The notes under the pieces are model-generated. The model saw nothing but the letters and a program-made list of their open reading frames with translations, ran no database searches and was not told the DNA's origin. Source: Candidatus Sumerlaeia bacterium (GTDB lineage Bacteria; Sumerlaeota; Sumerlaeia; SLMS01; JANRJK01). From it: a DNA stretch of 64,000 nt. Within the stretch, counting starts at the first letter, position 1; each line of letters starts with the position of its first letter. The stretch is from the NCBI GenBank assembly GCA_033764015.1, contig JANRJK010000013.1, forward strand, positions 448,001 to 512,000, in the 5' to 3' direction. The position numbers were made by a program, and so were the translations under genes. Of the stretch, positions 8,718 through 18,530 are shown piece by piece.

Positions 8718-10114
8718 GCGTACGCCCCCGAGCCTCCGGGGGATGCGGCCAACCGGGCTTCGGCGCGTTCGCGGCGCCGGATCGACTCCATCGCCACCAT
8801 CATCCCCATCAGGATGAAGTACAGGTACAACACCTCAGTTTGCCGGAAGATCCACTCCAGCAGCCCATGCACATGCTGCACCGCCGTCGACACGGAGAGC
8901 CCCAGGTAGATCGACTTGAACAAGTGGTCGGACTCGCGGAAGAACAGCAACGCGCCCTTCCCCCAGAACATCCCGATGTGGAGCAGGAACACGGCGAGGC
9001 CCGCGTAGCCCGTCTCCGCCGCCGAGAGCCAGTAGATGTGGTGCGCGGTGCCGAGCCGGCTCTGCCCCTGCACGCTCTCGCGGAACTCCTCCGGGTCGTC
9101 CACGTCCACCTTGTCCGGGTAGACGTGCCAGTAGAAATCGGTCTTCGCGAGGGCGTTGGAGTACTGGTTGAGGCCGACGCCGAAGAGGTGCTCGCCCGCC
9201 ATGGCGCGGGCCGCTTCGTTGAAGTACTCGCGCGTCTCCGCGGACTCCTTGGGAGCGTTCTGGAATCGCCGGATCAGGCGCGGGGCCGCGAGCGAGGCGA
9301 CGACCGCGAACACGAGCAGCCCGAGCGCAAGGACGCGGAACTTCCGCGCCGTGGGCCGCGCGAGGATCGACGCGACGACAACGGCCCCGAGCGACGCCGG
9401 CAGCAGCAGCATCGCGGCGCGGCTCTTGGTGAAGAGCACTGCGATGAAGCCGACCACGATCGCGGTTCCGAACAGGAGCCGGTTGCGCGCCTTCACGAGA
9501 CCCGTCAGCAACGCGCCCAGCAGGCACGGCAGGATCAGGTCGATGTACATCGCCAGCGTGTTCGGGTGGCGGAACGAGCCGACGGAGCGCGCGACGACGC
9601 TTTGCGTGACGTACTTAGCCCAGAGCACGAGGAACGCCTCGAACAGGACCGCCGCCGCCAGCGCCGCCAGCACTAGCTCCACGTCCGTGCGGTCGCGCAC
9701 GTGATTCACCACCACCGTGTAGAGCACGAAGCAGCGGATGAACTTGTGCAGCGTGAACGCCCCCAGCATCGGGTCGAGGCTCCCCGGGAGCGACAGCGCC
9801 GAGACCGCGACCACCGCGAACCACGGCAGCGAGTTGAACGGCAGCCATAGGAATCGCCCCGCGCCGCCCAGCAAGGCATGGACATAGAATCCGAAGAAGA
9901 ACAGATCCGGGATCGTGACGGCGAAGCCGCGGTCCACGCCGCGGTAGTTCACGAAGAAGACCTCCTGGTAGAACGGCTTCTTCACGTAGCAGGTCGCGAA
10001 GACCATGACCGCCAGCATGAGCCGACGGTGCTGCGGAAACGCGAACAGCGCCACCACGACGGCGGGAACCCCGGCGAGGAACGTCATGATGCCGAGGAGC
10101 GACGCGGTGGTCAC
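8714..10114 (-). CDS. O-antigen ligase / Wzy polymerase-family membrane protein
   Basis: Multiple TM segments; GSFRHPNTLAMY, FTKSRAA, FGVGLNQY, AHHIYWLSAAETGYAG; GTG start with GTGA overlap. Confidence 0.85.
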   Translation of the reverse strand: MTTASLLGIMTFLAGVPAVVVALFAFPQHRRLMLAVMVFATCYVKKPFYQEVFFVNYRGVDRGFAVTIPDLFFFGFYVHALLGGAGRFLWLPFNSLPWFAVVAVSALSLPGSLDPMLGAFTLHKFIRCFVLYTVVVNHVRDRTDVELVLAALAAAVLFEAFLVLWAKYVTQSVVARSVGSFRHPNTLAMYIDLILPCLLGALLTGLVKARNRLLFGTAIVVGFIAVLFTKSRAAMLLLPASLGAVVVASILARPTARKFRVLALGLLVFAVVASLAAPRLIRRFQNAPKESAETREYFNEAARAMAGEHLFGVGLNQYSNALAKTDFYWHVYPDKVDVDDPEEFRESVQGQSRLGTAHHIYWLSAAETGYAGLAVFLLHIGMFWGKGALLFFRESDHLFKSIYLGLSVSTAVQHVHGLLEWIFRQTEVLYLYFILMGMMVAMESIRRRERAEARLAASPGGSGAYA

Positions 10115-11031
10115 GGCAGCAGCCGCCCGCCGAGACGCTTCCACGGCGCGGCGAAACCCCTCGCCGCCGCGAGGCCGCGGAGCCTGCGCGCCGGCCCGGC
10201 GTCCACGATGTTGAGCATCAGCCAGCGCCGGCGGTGGTACTCGAAGAAGAACCGCTCGACGCCTTCCGGCGCGAGCCCGGGGCCCACGGCGGCGGCGAAC
10301 GCGCCCCACAGCTCCGCCCGGAACGGCGCGTCGATCCGCATCGACTGCAGTGCGAACCAGAGGTTCAGCGCATCGTTCGCCGGATGGCTGCGCCGCAGCG
10401 AGTTCGCGAAGTCGATGATCCCGACGCGGCCCCCGTCCAAGTGGACGTTGCGGGGGACGAAGTCGCCGTGGGCGAACGAAACCGGCAGGCGGACTCCGCG
10501 CACGGAAGCCGCCAGTTCCTCCGACTCCTCGACCGCCCCGGGGAACAGCGCCCGCCCAAGGAGGCGGAACCTCGCGAGCTTCTCCGACGTGTAGCGCAGG
10601 TACTCGAAGTGGAACGGGTCCGGCACCGCCTCCGGCGCGGTGCTCTCCGCGCGCCAAGCGTGAAGGACGCCGCCGAGCGCCGCCATCGCCGCGACGCAGT
10701 CGGCGCGCGCCGCGGGCGAGCGGATCGCGTCCGACAGCCGCTTCCCCGGGACGAACGTCATGGCGACCACCCGGGCCTCCGCGTCGGTGCCTAGCGCGCG
10801 GCCGTCGAGCAGCCTCGGATCGCGCTCCGCCACACGGTGGTGCAGCTCGATCCCCGCGGCCTCGTTCAGCGGCAGGTCCGGGTCGCCTTGCAGGTACTTT
10901 TTGAAGACCGCGGGCGCGCCGCCGACCGTCCCCCGGTAGATCCGGCAGTAGGCGTTCTCCGCGATCGGCGCAAGATCGCGCGGCGCCTCGCCCGCGGCGC
11001 GGCCGAACTCCTCGGCGAGGCGCGCGTCCAC
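10111..11031 (-). CDS. Aminoglycoside phosphotransferase/choline-kinase-like small-molecule kinase
   Basis: AVFKKY (ATP-binding Lys), FAHGDFVPRNV (Brenner motif), IIDF; GGAGG upstream of the GTG. Confidence 0.8.
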   Translation of the reverse strand: MDARLAEEFGRAAGEAPRDLAPIAENAYCRIYRGTVGGAPAVFKKYLQGDPDLPLNEAAGIELHHRVAERDPRLLDGRALGTDAEARVVAMTFVPGKRLSDAIRSPAARADCVAAMAALGGVLHAWRAESTAPEAVPDPFHFEYLRYTSEKLARFRLLGRALFPGAVEESEELAASVRGVRLPVSFAHGDFVPRNVHLDGGRVGIIDFANSLRRSHPANDALNLWFALQSMRIDAPFRAELWGAFAAAVGPGLAPEGVERFFFEYHRRRWLMLNIVDAGPARRLRGLAAARGFAAPWKRLGGRLLP

Positions 11032-11032
11032 G

Positions 11033-12100
11033 CTAGTTGTACCTCCGCCAAAGCGCGAGCGCCGCGCGCGCGTCCTCCACCCACGGCCCGGGAGCGCCGG
11101 TGGAGGCGCCAAGCGTTGTCGGCAGCATGGCGTAGAGCCGCTCGCGCGGGTACCGCGTCGACAGCTTCCCCCCGCGAGCGTTCAGGAGGAGGTTTTTCAC
11201 CCGCCGCGCCGGCGTGTGCAGTTCCGGCTCGCGCAGCGCGGGCCAGGCGGCGTACTCCGCCGCTCCCGCGAAGCTCCTACCCGCGCGGATGCCCTCCGTC
11301 TCGAGCAGCGCGTCGCGCCAACGCCCGGCCAGCAGCGTCCGCGCCGCCGCGGCGTCGCGGACCAGCGGTTCGCCGGGCTCGAGGCGGAACCGCAGCGCGT
11401 CCCGGTACGGCGCCAGCATGTCGGCGAACCCTTGGAACCGCTCTTCCACCAGCTCCGCGAGGATCGCGTCGCGGCCCTCGTACCGCGTCCGGTGGCGTCC
11501 GGCGGCGATGATGAGGGAATCGCCGATCGCGAGCGCGCACTTGTGCAGGTTGCGTTCCACGAAGGTCGGGTCCGGGGCAGGCTCGGCGCCCGCCAGCACC
11601 AGCGAGGCCCAGAGCAGCCCGGCGCCGCGGTTTAGCAGCAGTCGCGTGCCCTCGATCAGCGGGGGCGATCCCTTGAGCCGCGCCGGAGCGTTCGCCGTCA
11701 GCGCGTCCTCCGCCCCTTGGACGACGCGGTGCCCCGCCAGCAGGTCCGTCCACATCAGCCAGTGCGGCCAACGCCGCACATCGTCCACGGTCAGTGGCCG
11801 GCTGAAGTCCACATCGATGCCGACGATCGGGTGGTGCTTGCGCGACACCTCGGCGAGCGCGTCGGCGGCGGCGCGCTTCGAGCCCCGCACGATCACTGTG
11901 AAGTCGAGGTCATTGTACGGGAGCTCGCGTCCGTCCACACGCACCACGCCGCCTTCGCCGCGCGCGTAGCCGCCCCCGAGCACGAGCGCGACAAGGTTGC
12001 CCCCCAGCGCGCGCGCCGCGTCCGCCGCGATCTCGGCGACGCGCTCCTCCATCCACGCGTTGAACGCGTCGGAGCCGTGCGTTGCGAAGCGGCGCGTCAC
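11033..12100 (-). CDS. Pol-beta-superfamily nucleotidyltransferase-domain protein
   Basis: LVLGGGYARGEGG...PYNDLDFTVIV (hG-G/S...DxD) with a third Asp in IDVDF, followed by a helical C-terminal region. Confidence 0.7.
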   Translation of the reverse strand: MTRRFATHGSDAFNAWMEERVAEIAADAARALGGNLVALVLGGGYARGEGGVVRVDGRELPYNDLDFTVIVRGSKRAAADALAEVSRKHHPIVGIDVDFSRPLTVDDVRRWPHWLMWTDLLAGHRVVQGAEDALTANAPARLKGSPPLIEGTRLLLNRGAGLLWASLVLAGAEPAPDPTFVERNLHKCALAIGDSLIIAAGRHRTRYEGRDAILAELVEERFQGFADMLAPYRDALRFRLEPGEPLVRDAAAARTLLAGRWRDALLETEGIRAGRSFAGAAEYAAWPALREPELHTPARRVKNLLLNARGGKLSTRYPRERLYAMLPTTLGASTGAPGPWVEDARAALALWRRYN

Positions 12101-12954
12101 GTCGCGCCCCTTTCCCGCCAGCCGGCGTTGAAGCCTTTGCGGCGGCCGAGCATCTGCGCGCCGCGCAGCAGCGGCGAGTGCCCGAGCGCGCCGAACCTGC
12201 CGTGGTGCAGCGCCCACCGCCAGTCCGCGACGACCTGACGGGCGAACGGCAGCAGCGAGTAGCGGGGCAGCGAGCGCTCCCACGGCGTCCAGTCGAAGAT
12301 GCGCGCCTCCGCCTTCCCCTCGCCGAACTGGCGCTTGTGGAACTGGCGCAGGGTGTAGTTGTGCGAATGCATCGCGACGGACTTGGGCGTGTAGCGGATC
12401 GTCCGACCCGCCTGCCGCTGCCGCCACGTCCAGTCGACGTCCTCGGAGTACTGGATGTCTTCGCGGAACGGCATCTCCTCCCACGCCGCGCGCCGCACCG
12501 CCGACGACGCCATCGAGAAGCAGTGGCGCCAGAAGCGCTGCCGCGAGCCGTCGCCGAACGTGTCCTCCGTGTCCTTCGCGAACAACGGCCAGCACTCGGG
12601 CCGGGGCACTTGGCGCCCGAAGACCGCCGCGAGCGCCGGATCCGCCGCGAACGGCGCCACCAACTCCTCCAGCCAGTGGTCGTCCTGCGGCACGCAGTCC
12701 GAGTTGACGAACACCACCACCTCGCCGTCCGTTTCGCGCATCGCCTGGTTCAGCACGCGGCCCGGCACATAGGCGCCCTTCGGCACATTGACGATCCGCG
12801 CGCCGGAGCGGGCGATGATCTCCTTCGAGCCGTCCGACGACTCGTTGTCGAAGACCAGCAGCCGGTGCGCCATGCGTTGGCGCGAGAGGCCCGCCAAGGT
12901 GTCGCCGACCACCCACGCGTCGTTGTAGCAGCGCATCACGACCCAGGGCGTCAT
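12097..12954 (-). CDS. GT2 glycosyltransferase (rhamnosyltransferase-like)
   Basis: MRCYND; DNESSDGS; FVNSDC; FGRQVPR; YSEDVDW; HSHNY. Confidence 0.9.
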   Translation of the reverse strand: MTPWVVMRCYNDAWVVGDTLAGLSRQRMAHRLLVFDNESSDGSKEIIARSGARIVNVPKGAYVPGRVLNQAMRETDGEVVVFVNSDCVPQDDHWLEELVAPFAADPALAAVFGRQVPRPECWPLFAKDTEDTFGDGSRQRFWRHCFSMASSAVRRAAWEEMPFREDIQYSEDVDWTWRQRQAGRTIRYTPKSVAMHSHNYTLRQFHKRQFGEGKAEARIFDWTPWERSLPRYSLLPFARQVVADWRWALHHGRFGALGHSPLLRGAQMLGRRKGFNAGWRERGAT

Positions 12955-14498
12955 GCCGCGACCTCCGCCGCGGGACGCCGCCGCGCCGCGGCCGCGCGCA
13001 GCTTGCCGCCGAAGTACTCCCGGTCCTTGGCGGACAGCCCGGCGAACCAGAACGCCGGCGCGAACGCCGCGCAGCCCGACGCGAGCAGCGCCGCAACGAC
13101 CGGCAGGCTCCCGGCCCCCAGCACACGCCACCCGCCGACCACCACCGCCGCGCAGGCCACCGCGCCGGCGAGCGAGGGGCCGACCGACTCCGCATAGAAA
13201 CGCCCGAACTCGACACCGCAATGCTCGCGCGTCTTCCACTGCACCCAGACCTTGACCAGCGCCGTCGATGCGAGCGTCGCCAGCGCCACACCGAAAAGCC
13301 CGAGCGGCACGATTAGCAGGAGGGTCAGCGTAAGGTTCAACCCCTGCAGGCCCACTTGGGAGAGCGCCAGGAAGCGCTGCTTCCCGGTCATTGTCAGGAC
13401 GTTTTCCGTGTTGCCGTGGACTATGGAGACAAACGCGGCAGCGAGCAGGAGCTGGCATGGGACCGCCGCGGAGCGGTACTCCTCGCCCATCCACGCGGCG
13501 AGCAGTGGCTCCGCCAGCAGCCCGAGCCCGAGTAGCACCGGTGTCGACCCGGCGACGGAGAGCATCGACCCCTTCAGCAGGACCGCGCGCACGTTGCGGT
13601 CTTCGCCCGCGCCCTTCAGTTCCGCGATCATCGGCGTCAGCGAGTTCACCATCTGCCGGCAGAGCGTCGCGGCCTGCTCCGCGACGCGCATCGCCACCGC
13701 GTAAAGCGCCACCGCCGCCAGCGGCAGATACGCGTTCACCACAATCGTGTCCACGCGGGTCGCGAGCAGGATCGACACTTGGATGAGGAAGAACCAGAGG
13801 GAGAACGAGCTGATCTCGCGCAGCAGCCCCCGGCGGAAGCGGCGGGGCGCGAGGCTGACGCCGGGCGCGTTGCGGAGGCACAGCGCGGCCGCCAGCAGGT
13901 TCGCCCCGAGGCCGGTCCACAGGCTGGCGTGCGCGAGAGTCCCGATGTCCGGCGAAACCCCGAGGGCCCACCAGGCCGCGATTCCGTAGGAGAGCGTCCC
14001 CAGCGTGCGGGTCGCGTTGGACACCACCTGCTTCTGGAACCCCACCAGGATGCCCGCGAAGAGGCCGAGCGGGAGCCCCTGGGCCGCGCGCAGCCCGATC
14101 AGCAGGAAGACGCCGCGCGCCGCGGCGGCATCCTCCGCGGCGACGCCGAGCAGCCCGGGCACCATCGGCGCTAGGAGCAGCGTCGCCACGCCGAGCACCG
14201 CGCCCAGCCCCGCGTACTGCCAGAAGAATGTCGCCGTCAGGTCGCCGAGCCGCTCCGTGTCGCCGCGTCCGCGGGCGTCCGCGACGTACTTCACCACGGA
14301 GGTCGAAAAGCCCATGTCCACAAGGCCGAGGAGTCCCACGACGGCCTGGATCAGCGACCAGAGCCCGAAGTCCTCCGAGCCGACCTTCGACACGATGTAG
14401 GGTGTGAGGAGCAGGAAGACGAGGATCTGCGCCACTTGCCGCGCGTAGTTGGAAACGGCGTTCCTGAGGATCAGGCGGGAGCGGTTCTTCTCAGCCAT
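12951..14498 (-). CDS. Wzx-type oligosaccharide flippase (MATE-like)
   Basis: About 14 TM segments; LTPYIVSKVGSEDFGLWSL, DMGFSTSVVKYVA, RVDTIVV...YAVA. Confidence 0.9.
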   Translation of the reverse strand: MAEKNRSRLILRNAVSNYARQVAQILVFLLLTPYIVSKVGSEDFGLWSLIQAVVGLLGLVDMGFSTSVVKYVADARGRGDTERLGDLTATFFWQYAGLGAVLGVATLLLAPMVPGLLGVAAEDAAAARGVFLLIGLRAAQGLPLGLFAGILVGFQKQVVSNATRTLGTLSYGIAAWWALGVSPDIGTLAHASLWTGLGANLLAAALCLRNAPGVSLAPRRFRRGLLREISSFSLWFFLIQVSILLATRVDTIVVNAYLPLAAVALYAVAMRVAEQAATLCRQMVNSLTPMIAELKGAGEDRNVRAVLLKGSMLSVAGSTPVLLGLGLLAEPLLAAWMGEEYRSAAVPCQLLLAAAFVSIVHGNTENVLTMTGKQRFLALSQVGLQGLNLTLTLLLIVPLGLFGVALATLASTALVKVWVQWKTREHCGVEFGRFYAESVGPSLAGAVACAAVVVGGWRVLGAGSLPVVAALLASGCAAFAPAFWFAGLSAKDREYFGGKLRAAAARRRPAAEVAA

Positions 14499-15687
14499 CG
14501 GCCCCTTCGCCTCCGGCGATGCGCTCCGCCTCGCGGAGCATCAGCCCGTAGAGGTCGTCCAGCCGCCGGGGCGTCTCCGGCAGCTCGACGTTGGTGAGGA
14601 AGGCGGCGTCGGTGTCCTTGTCCGCGGGGGTGTAGCCGTGCATTCCCGCCAGCGGCTTTTCGCCCAGGAAGCTCGGGCAGAGGAGGACACCCGGATCGAG
14701 CAGGAAGAACAGGTGGCCGTAGCGCTGGTTCTGGAAGCGGCAGCGGAACACGGCTAGGTCATCCTCTGTCAGGATCCGTCCGCGAGGCTCCGCTGCGAGC
14801 GCGGCTTCGATCTTCTCGCGTGAACCGTTCGAGAGGAACCAGAAGCGGGCCATGGTCGAGTCGTACACCGCGGCGTAGTCGCGCCCGAAGACCAGTCCCG
14901 TCGCCTCGATCCGCGGGATCAGGTCGCAAGTCTCCCGCACATCCGTCATTCCGTGGTCCGAGAAGACGTACAGCCGCACCGCGGAGTATTGCCGCCGCGC
15001 GACTTGCAGCAACCCGCGGAGCCGTCGGGCGTACCACTCGAGCTTCGCCCGCACCCTCGCGGAATCCGTCCCGTCGGCGTGGAGGATCGCATCCATGGCG
15101 GCGAGGTACAGGTAGGCGAAGCGCGGCCCTCCGGTGCTGAGCGCGCGTTCGAGAGTCTCGACGTTGGACTCCTCGCCGGCGCGCCAGTCCGAAAGATGGA
15201 ACGGCAGCCCACGAGCACGCAGGTCGTCGAAGATGGTCCGCGCGCCGCTGTTGATCCCGCCCGGCTGGTAGAGGTCCCGCTTCTCCGAGTAGTCGAAGAG
15301 CGGAAGCTTGTCGAACGGCATGTTGTAGATTTGGAAGTAGCCGGTGAATCCGTACAGGCGGCGGATCCCGCGGCTCATCAGTCGCCGCACGCGCCCGCGG
15401 CTGGTGATCGACTTCGGCAGGAACCGGAGCCAACGGCAGAGCCCGAACGGCGACTTCGCCGGATCGTACACGAAGAACGAGAAGTGCCCGTGGTCCTCCG
15501 GCATCAAGCCGGTCAGGATCGTCGGATCGCAGGTGGAGCTGTAGCCGAAGATCGACTCGAGGCGGGAGCGGTGCGGGAGTTCCTCCGCAAGGAATTCGGG
15601 GTTTCTGAGTAGAAGCTGCCACCCCAGCGCGTCGATGAAGACGAACAGGGCGATTTCCTTTGCGGATTCCCGGGAGGGCGTAGCCAT
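14491..15687 (-). CDS. Alkaline phosphatase superfamily protein (nucleotide pyrophosphatase/phosphodiesterase-like)
   Basis: FIDALGW, GYSSTCDPTILTG, MDAILHADG, FSDHGM and GMHGY give the metal-ligand pattern. An alternative ATG lies at 15714. Confidence 0.85.
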   Translation of the reverse strand: MATPSRESAKEIALFVFIDALGWQLLLRNPEFLAEELPHRSRLESIFGYSSTCDPTILTGLMPEDHGHFSFFVYDPAKSPFGLCRWLRFLPKSITSRGRVRRLMSRGIRRLYGFTGYFQIYNMPFDKLPLFDYSEKRDLYQPGGINSGARTIFDDLRARGLPFHLSDWRAGEESNVETLERALSTGGPRFAYLYLAAMDAILHADGTDSARVRAKLEWYARRLRGLLQVARRQYSAVRLYVFSDHGMTDVRETCDLIPRIEATGLVFGRDYAAVYDSTMARFWFLSNGSREKIEAALAAEPRGRILTEDDLAVFRCRFQNQRYGHLFFLLDPGVLLCPSFLGEKPLAGMHGYTPADKDTDAAFLTNVELPETPRRLDDLYGLMLREAERIAGGEGADG

Positions 15688-15761
15688 GCGAAGGGCATAG
15701 CGCGGCACGGTCATGGAGTCAATCGCGACAGGATTTCGCCCTTTACGGGAACTCCCCGACC

Positions 15762-16991
15762 TCAGGACGCCTCTTCGTCGCCCGCCTCGAGGTTCTGGAT
15801 GAAGATCATGTCTTGGCTCAGCGGCTCCGTCGGCGGGGGAGCCTCCTTCGGCGGGAACATCCAGCGGAGGATATCGGGCGAGCGCTTTCCCCAATGGTAC
15901 TCCTTGTGCTCGTGCCCGACCCCGACGACGTGGACGAAGTCCGGCCCCATCACATGACCCGCTTCGAGCAGCGCGTCGCGGATCCGCATGGTGTTGTGGT
16001 ACCCGTCGGAGTTGGGTCCGGAGCATCCGCTGTCGATCCACAGGCGGGACCGGGTGTCGGGGGGCCGGCGCGCCCGGCGGATGTTCGCCGAGAAGTTCAC
16101 CCAAAAGCTGGGCGACAGCGCGGCCACGACGCCGAATGTCTCCTTGTAGTAGTTCGCCGCGTGGAAGCCGAGCAGGCCGCCGAGCGAACTCCCCATGTGG
16201 CCGACGTTCGGCGCGTCGGTGCGGATGCGGAACTTGCGGGCGAAGCGGGGCAGCAGCTCGTCGCGGATCATCTCGAGGTACTCGCCCGCGCGCCCCTTGT
16301 GGCCGTGCACCACACCGTACTCCGGGATGTACTCGAGGAAGCGGTCGGGGCCGTTGTCGATCGCGAAGACGATGATCTCCGGGATCTCCGCGCGCGACAC
16401 CAACCGCATCACCGTGAGGTCCAGGTCCCAGGAGCCGAACTGCGAGCCGGGGCTGAAGACGTTCTGGCCGTCCTGCACGATGAGCACGGGATAGCGCTTG
16501 AAGCGGTTCTCGCGGTAGCAGCGGGGGAGGAGCACCTGCACGCGGCGCTCCTTGAAGTTCTTCGGCCGGACGTGGAACTCGCGGCGCTCCGGGCGCGAGA
16601 AGTCGCGGGGGGGCTCGTAGAGGAACACCTGGCCGTCCTCGACCCAGATCGGCGCGCGCGGGGCGGGCAGCGCGCCGTCGCTCGGCACCGTCTGCACCAC
16701 CATGCCACCGGGGTCGCGGTAGACGAAATCCATCCAGCGGCGTTCGCGGACCACGTGCTGCGGGATCTCGCCTTGGAACACCTTGCGGTCGGCCCCGAAA
16801 CGGACGCACTCGAGCGGGTGGTACTCGCGGCGCTGGCCGCTCCCCTCCGGCGGATACACCTGGATCTCGACGGCGAAGACGTTCCGGGGGGCCGAGAATC
16901 GCACCGGCGTCGGCCCGGGCAGCACCGCCTCTTCCGCGAAAGGAAGCCGGTGGTAGGTCGAGTCGTGCGGGGGAAGGGGAACGCCGGACAT
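15762..16991 (-). CDS. Alpha/beta-hydrolase putative esterase
   Basis: RYPVLIVQDGQNVF, nucleophile motif GSSLGG, LSPSFW, WIDSG, HEHKEYHW. Confidence 0.85.
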   Translation of the reverse strand: MSGVPLPPHDSTYHRLPFAEEAVLPGPTPVRFSAPRNVFAVEIQVYPPEGSGQRREYHPLECVRFGADRKVFQGEIPQHVVRERRWMDFVYRDPGGMVVQTVPSDGALPAPRAPIWVEDGQVFLYEPPRDFSRPERREFHVRPKNFKERRVQVLLPRCYRENRFKRYPVLIVQDGQNVFSPGSQFGSWDLDLTVMRLVSRAEIPEIIVFAIDNGPDRFLEYIPEYGVVHGHKGRAGEYLEMIRDELLPRFARKFRIRTDAPNVGHMGSSLGGLLGFHAANYYKETFGVVAALSPSFWVNFSANIRRARRPPDTRSRLWIDSGCSGPNSDGYHNTMRIRDALLEAGHVMGPDFVHVVGVGHEHKEYHWGKRSPDILRWMFPPKEAPPPTEPLSQDMIFIQNLEAGDEEAS

Positions 16992-17001
16992 GGGAGGCGG
17001 G

Positions 17002-17781
17002 CTACTTGGCCCCCGCCCGCGCTTCGCAGTCCCAGCCCTCGTAATGCCCGTTGCAGAGGTGGCAGATGTACTGCACGAACCCCGTCAGCCGTTCGACCGA
17101 GGTTGGGTCCGGGGCGCAGTCGTACGCCGCCACCATCGTCCAGCTGCGGTCCTCGCGCATCACCTGGTCTTCGCAGCGGAACTGCTTGTCGTTGAGCATC
17201 GCGATCGCCCCGGCCATGTCCGGAAGCGAGGGGAACGTGCCGAAAAAGCGCAGCGGCCGCGGCTTGGCCAGCGGGTCGCCGAAGTCCTCAAGCCGCGCGA
17301 TCTGCGTCTGGTTGTAGGAGGCGCGCCGCTCCTCCGCGGTGGGCTCCATAACCGTCCGCAGGAAGATCAGCTCCTGGTCCTGCTCGTAGTAGATGTCCCA
17401 CTTCACGCCGTGGATGAATACCGAGAAGCTCGGCCCCTGGCCGAGGGGCTGCTGCATCGAGGAGTGGAACACCAGCACCCGGTTGCCGTGGTAGGTGAGG
17501 CGCCCCACCTGCAGCAGCGACATCGTCTGGCCCGCGCCGAGGGAGAGGAACTCCTCCTCCGCGGTGTTCAGCGCGAGCGCCTGGTCCTCCGAGGGAAGGC
17601 CGTCCGAATCCTCGATCTCGTAGGAGACGATGGCGAAGACACGCGTCGCGTACCCCCCGCGCTGAACCAGCGAGAGGACCCGTGGGTTTGTTGTCACATA
17701 GACGAGCCTACCCTCGTCCATGGGGCGGGTGAACCGGACCAGTTCGTCCTCCGGCAGGCACCCGATCGCTCTTGGCGGCAT
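17002..17781 (-). CDS. DUF695 / RraB-domain-like protein
   Basis: GLPSE...EE...VGRLT; GDPLAKPRPLRFF; C-terminal GHYEGWDC resembles the RraB YDGW motif. Confidence 0.6.
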   Translation of the reverse strand: MPPRAIGCLPEDELVRFTRPMDEGRLVYVTTNPRVLSLVQRGGYATRVFAIVSYEIEDSDGLPSEDQALALNTAEEEFLSLGAGQTMSLLQVGRLTYHGNRVLVFHSSMQQPLGQGPSFSVFIHGVKWDIYYEQDQELIFLRTVMEPTAEERRASYNQTQIARLEDFGDPLAKPRPLRFFGTFPSLPDMAGAIAMLNDKQFRCEDQVMREDRSWTMVAAYDCAPDPTSVERLTGFVQYICHLCNGHYEGWDCEARAGAK

Positions 17782-17876
17782 CGCGTTGGCCTTCTCCTTG
17801 ACCGTAGGGGATCGTTCGCGCCCTGCCCCGCGGGATCAAGAATAAGCTCGCGGTTCCTGCGTCGCCGGCCGCGCGC

Positions 17877-18425
17877 CTACTCCACCGCTCCGCGTCGCTT
17901 CCACGGCGAATACCGGAACGAGACCCGCCCCGTGATCGCCGCCAGCGGAACCGGACCGAACTCCTCGCTGTCCTCCGACTGCGCCCTGTTGTCGCCGATC
18001 ACGTAGTATTGATCCGGCAGCAGCTCGAAGCGCGGCACCCGCGACCTCGGATCGAAGTAGCCGCCCGGCGCCGGCACCTCTCTGTCGTTCACGTATAGGC
18101 GCCCCCGGTCGATTTCGACCGTGTCGCCGGGCACCGCGACCAGGCGCTTCACCAGCTCGGGGCCGTTGTCGACCGGCGACACCAGCGAAACCAGCCATCC
18201 CCGCAGCGGGGGAGTCCGCCCGATCCCGCGCAGCAACACGCGGTCGCCGACTTCGAGCGTCGGGGACATGGAGGCGCTGACCACCTGCATCGCCCGCATC
18301 TCGCCTGTCAGGAAAAGGCCGAACGTGAGGAAGAGCGGCACGAGGACCACGGCCCCCAGCGCGATGCGCACGGGTCCGACGCCGGAGCGGCGTGCTTGCG
18401 TGTTGTCGTTGCCGATGGGAGTCAT
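17877..18425 (-). CDS. lepB: Signal peptidase I
   Basis: TM segment, SASMSPTLEVGDR (catalytic Ser), LVKRLVAVPGD (catalytic Lys), GDNRAQSEDS. Confidence 0.92.
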   Translation of the reverse strand: MTPIGNDNTQARRSGVGPVRIALGAVVLVPLFLTFGLFLTGEMRAMQVVSASMSPTLEVGDRVLLRGIGRTPPLRGWLVSLVSPVDNGPELVKRLVAVPGDTVEIDRGRLYVNDREVPAPGGYFDPRSRVPRFELLPDQYYVIGDNRAQSEDSEEFGPVPLAAITGRVSFRYSPWKRRGAVE

Positions 18426-18530
18426 CAAGATTTCGAGCAGGCTATCCGCGGTCACGTGTCCGGCCCCCGCCGTTGGGTGTCGGCGGAACTGGTTGCACGG
18501 AGCGGGCCACTTCCCCGGCCCTTTCCGCAA

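Noticed and set aside
10111..11031. Aminoglycoside resistance gene
   Set aside because: Only the generic APH-fold motifs are present, the context is polysaccharide biosynthesis, and there is no mobile element.
11033..12100. NTase as a CBASS cyclase or MNT antitoxin (defence system)
   Set aside because: No effector, HEPN toxin or Cap genes are adjacent, and it is translationally coupled within a polysaccharide operon.
1710..16809. ORF-track N-terminal extensions suggesting giant fused glycosyltransferases (e.g. 738, 658, 674, 752 and 772 aa)
   Set aside because: The extensions overlap upstream genes in other frames. The true starts are marked by ATGA/GTGA overlaps and family-typical N-termini.
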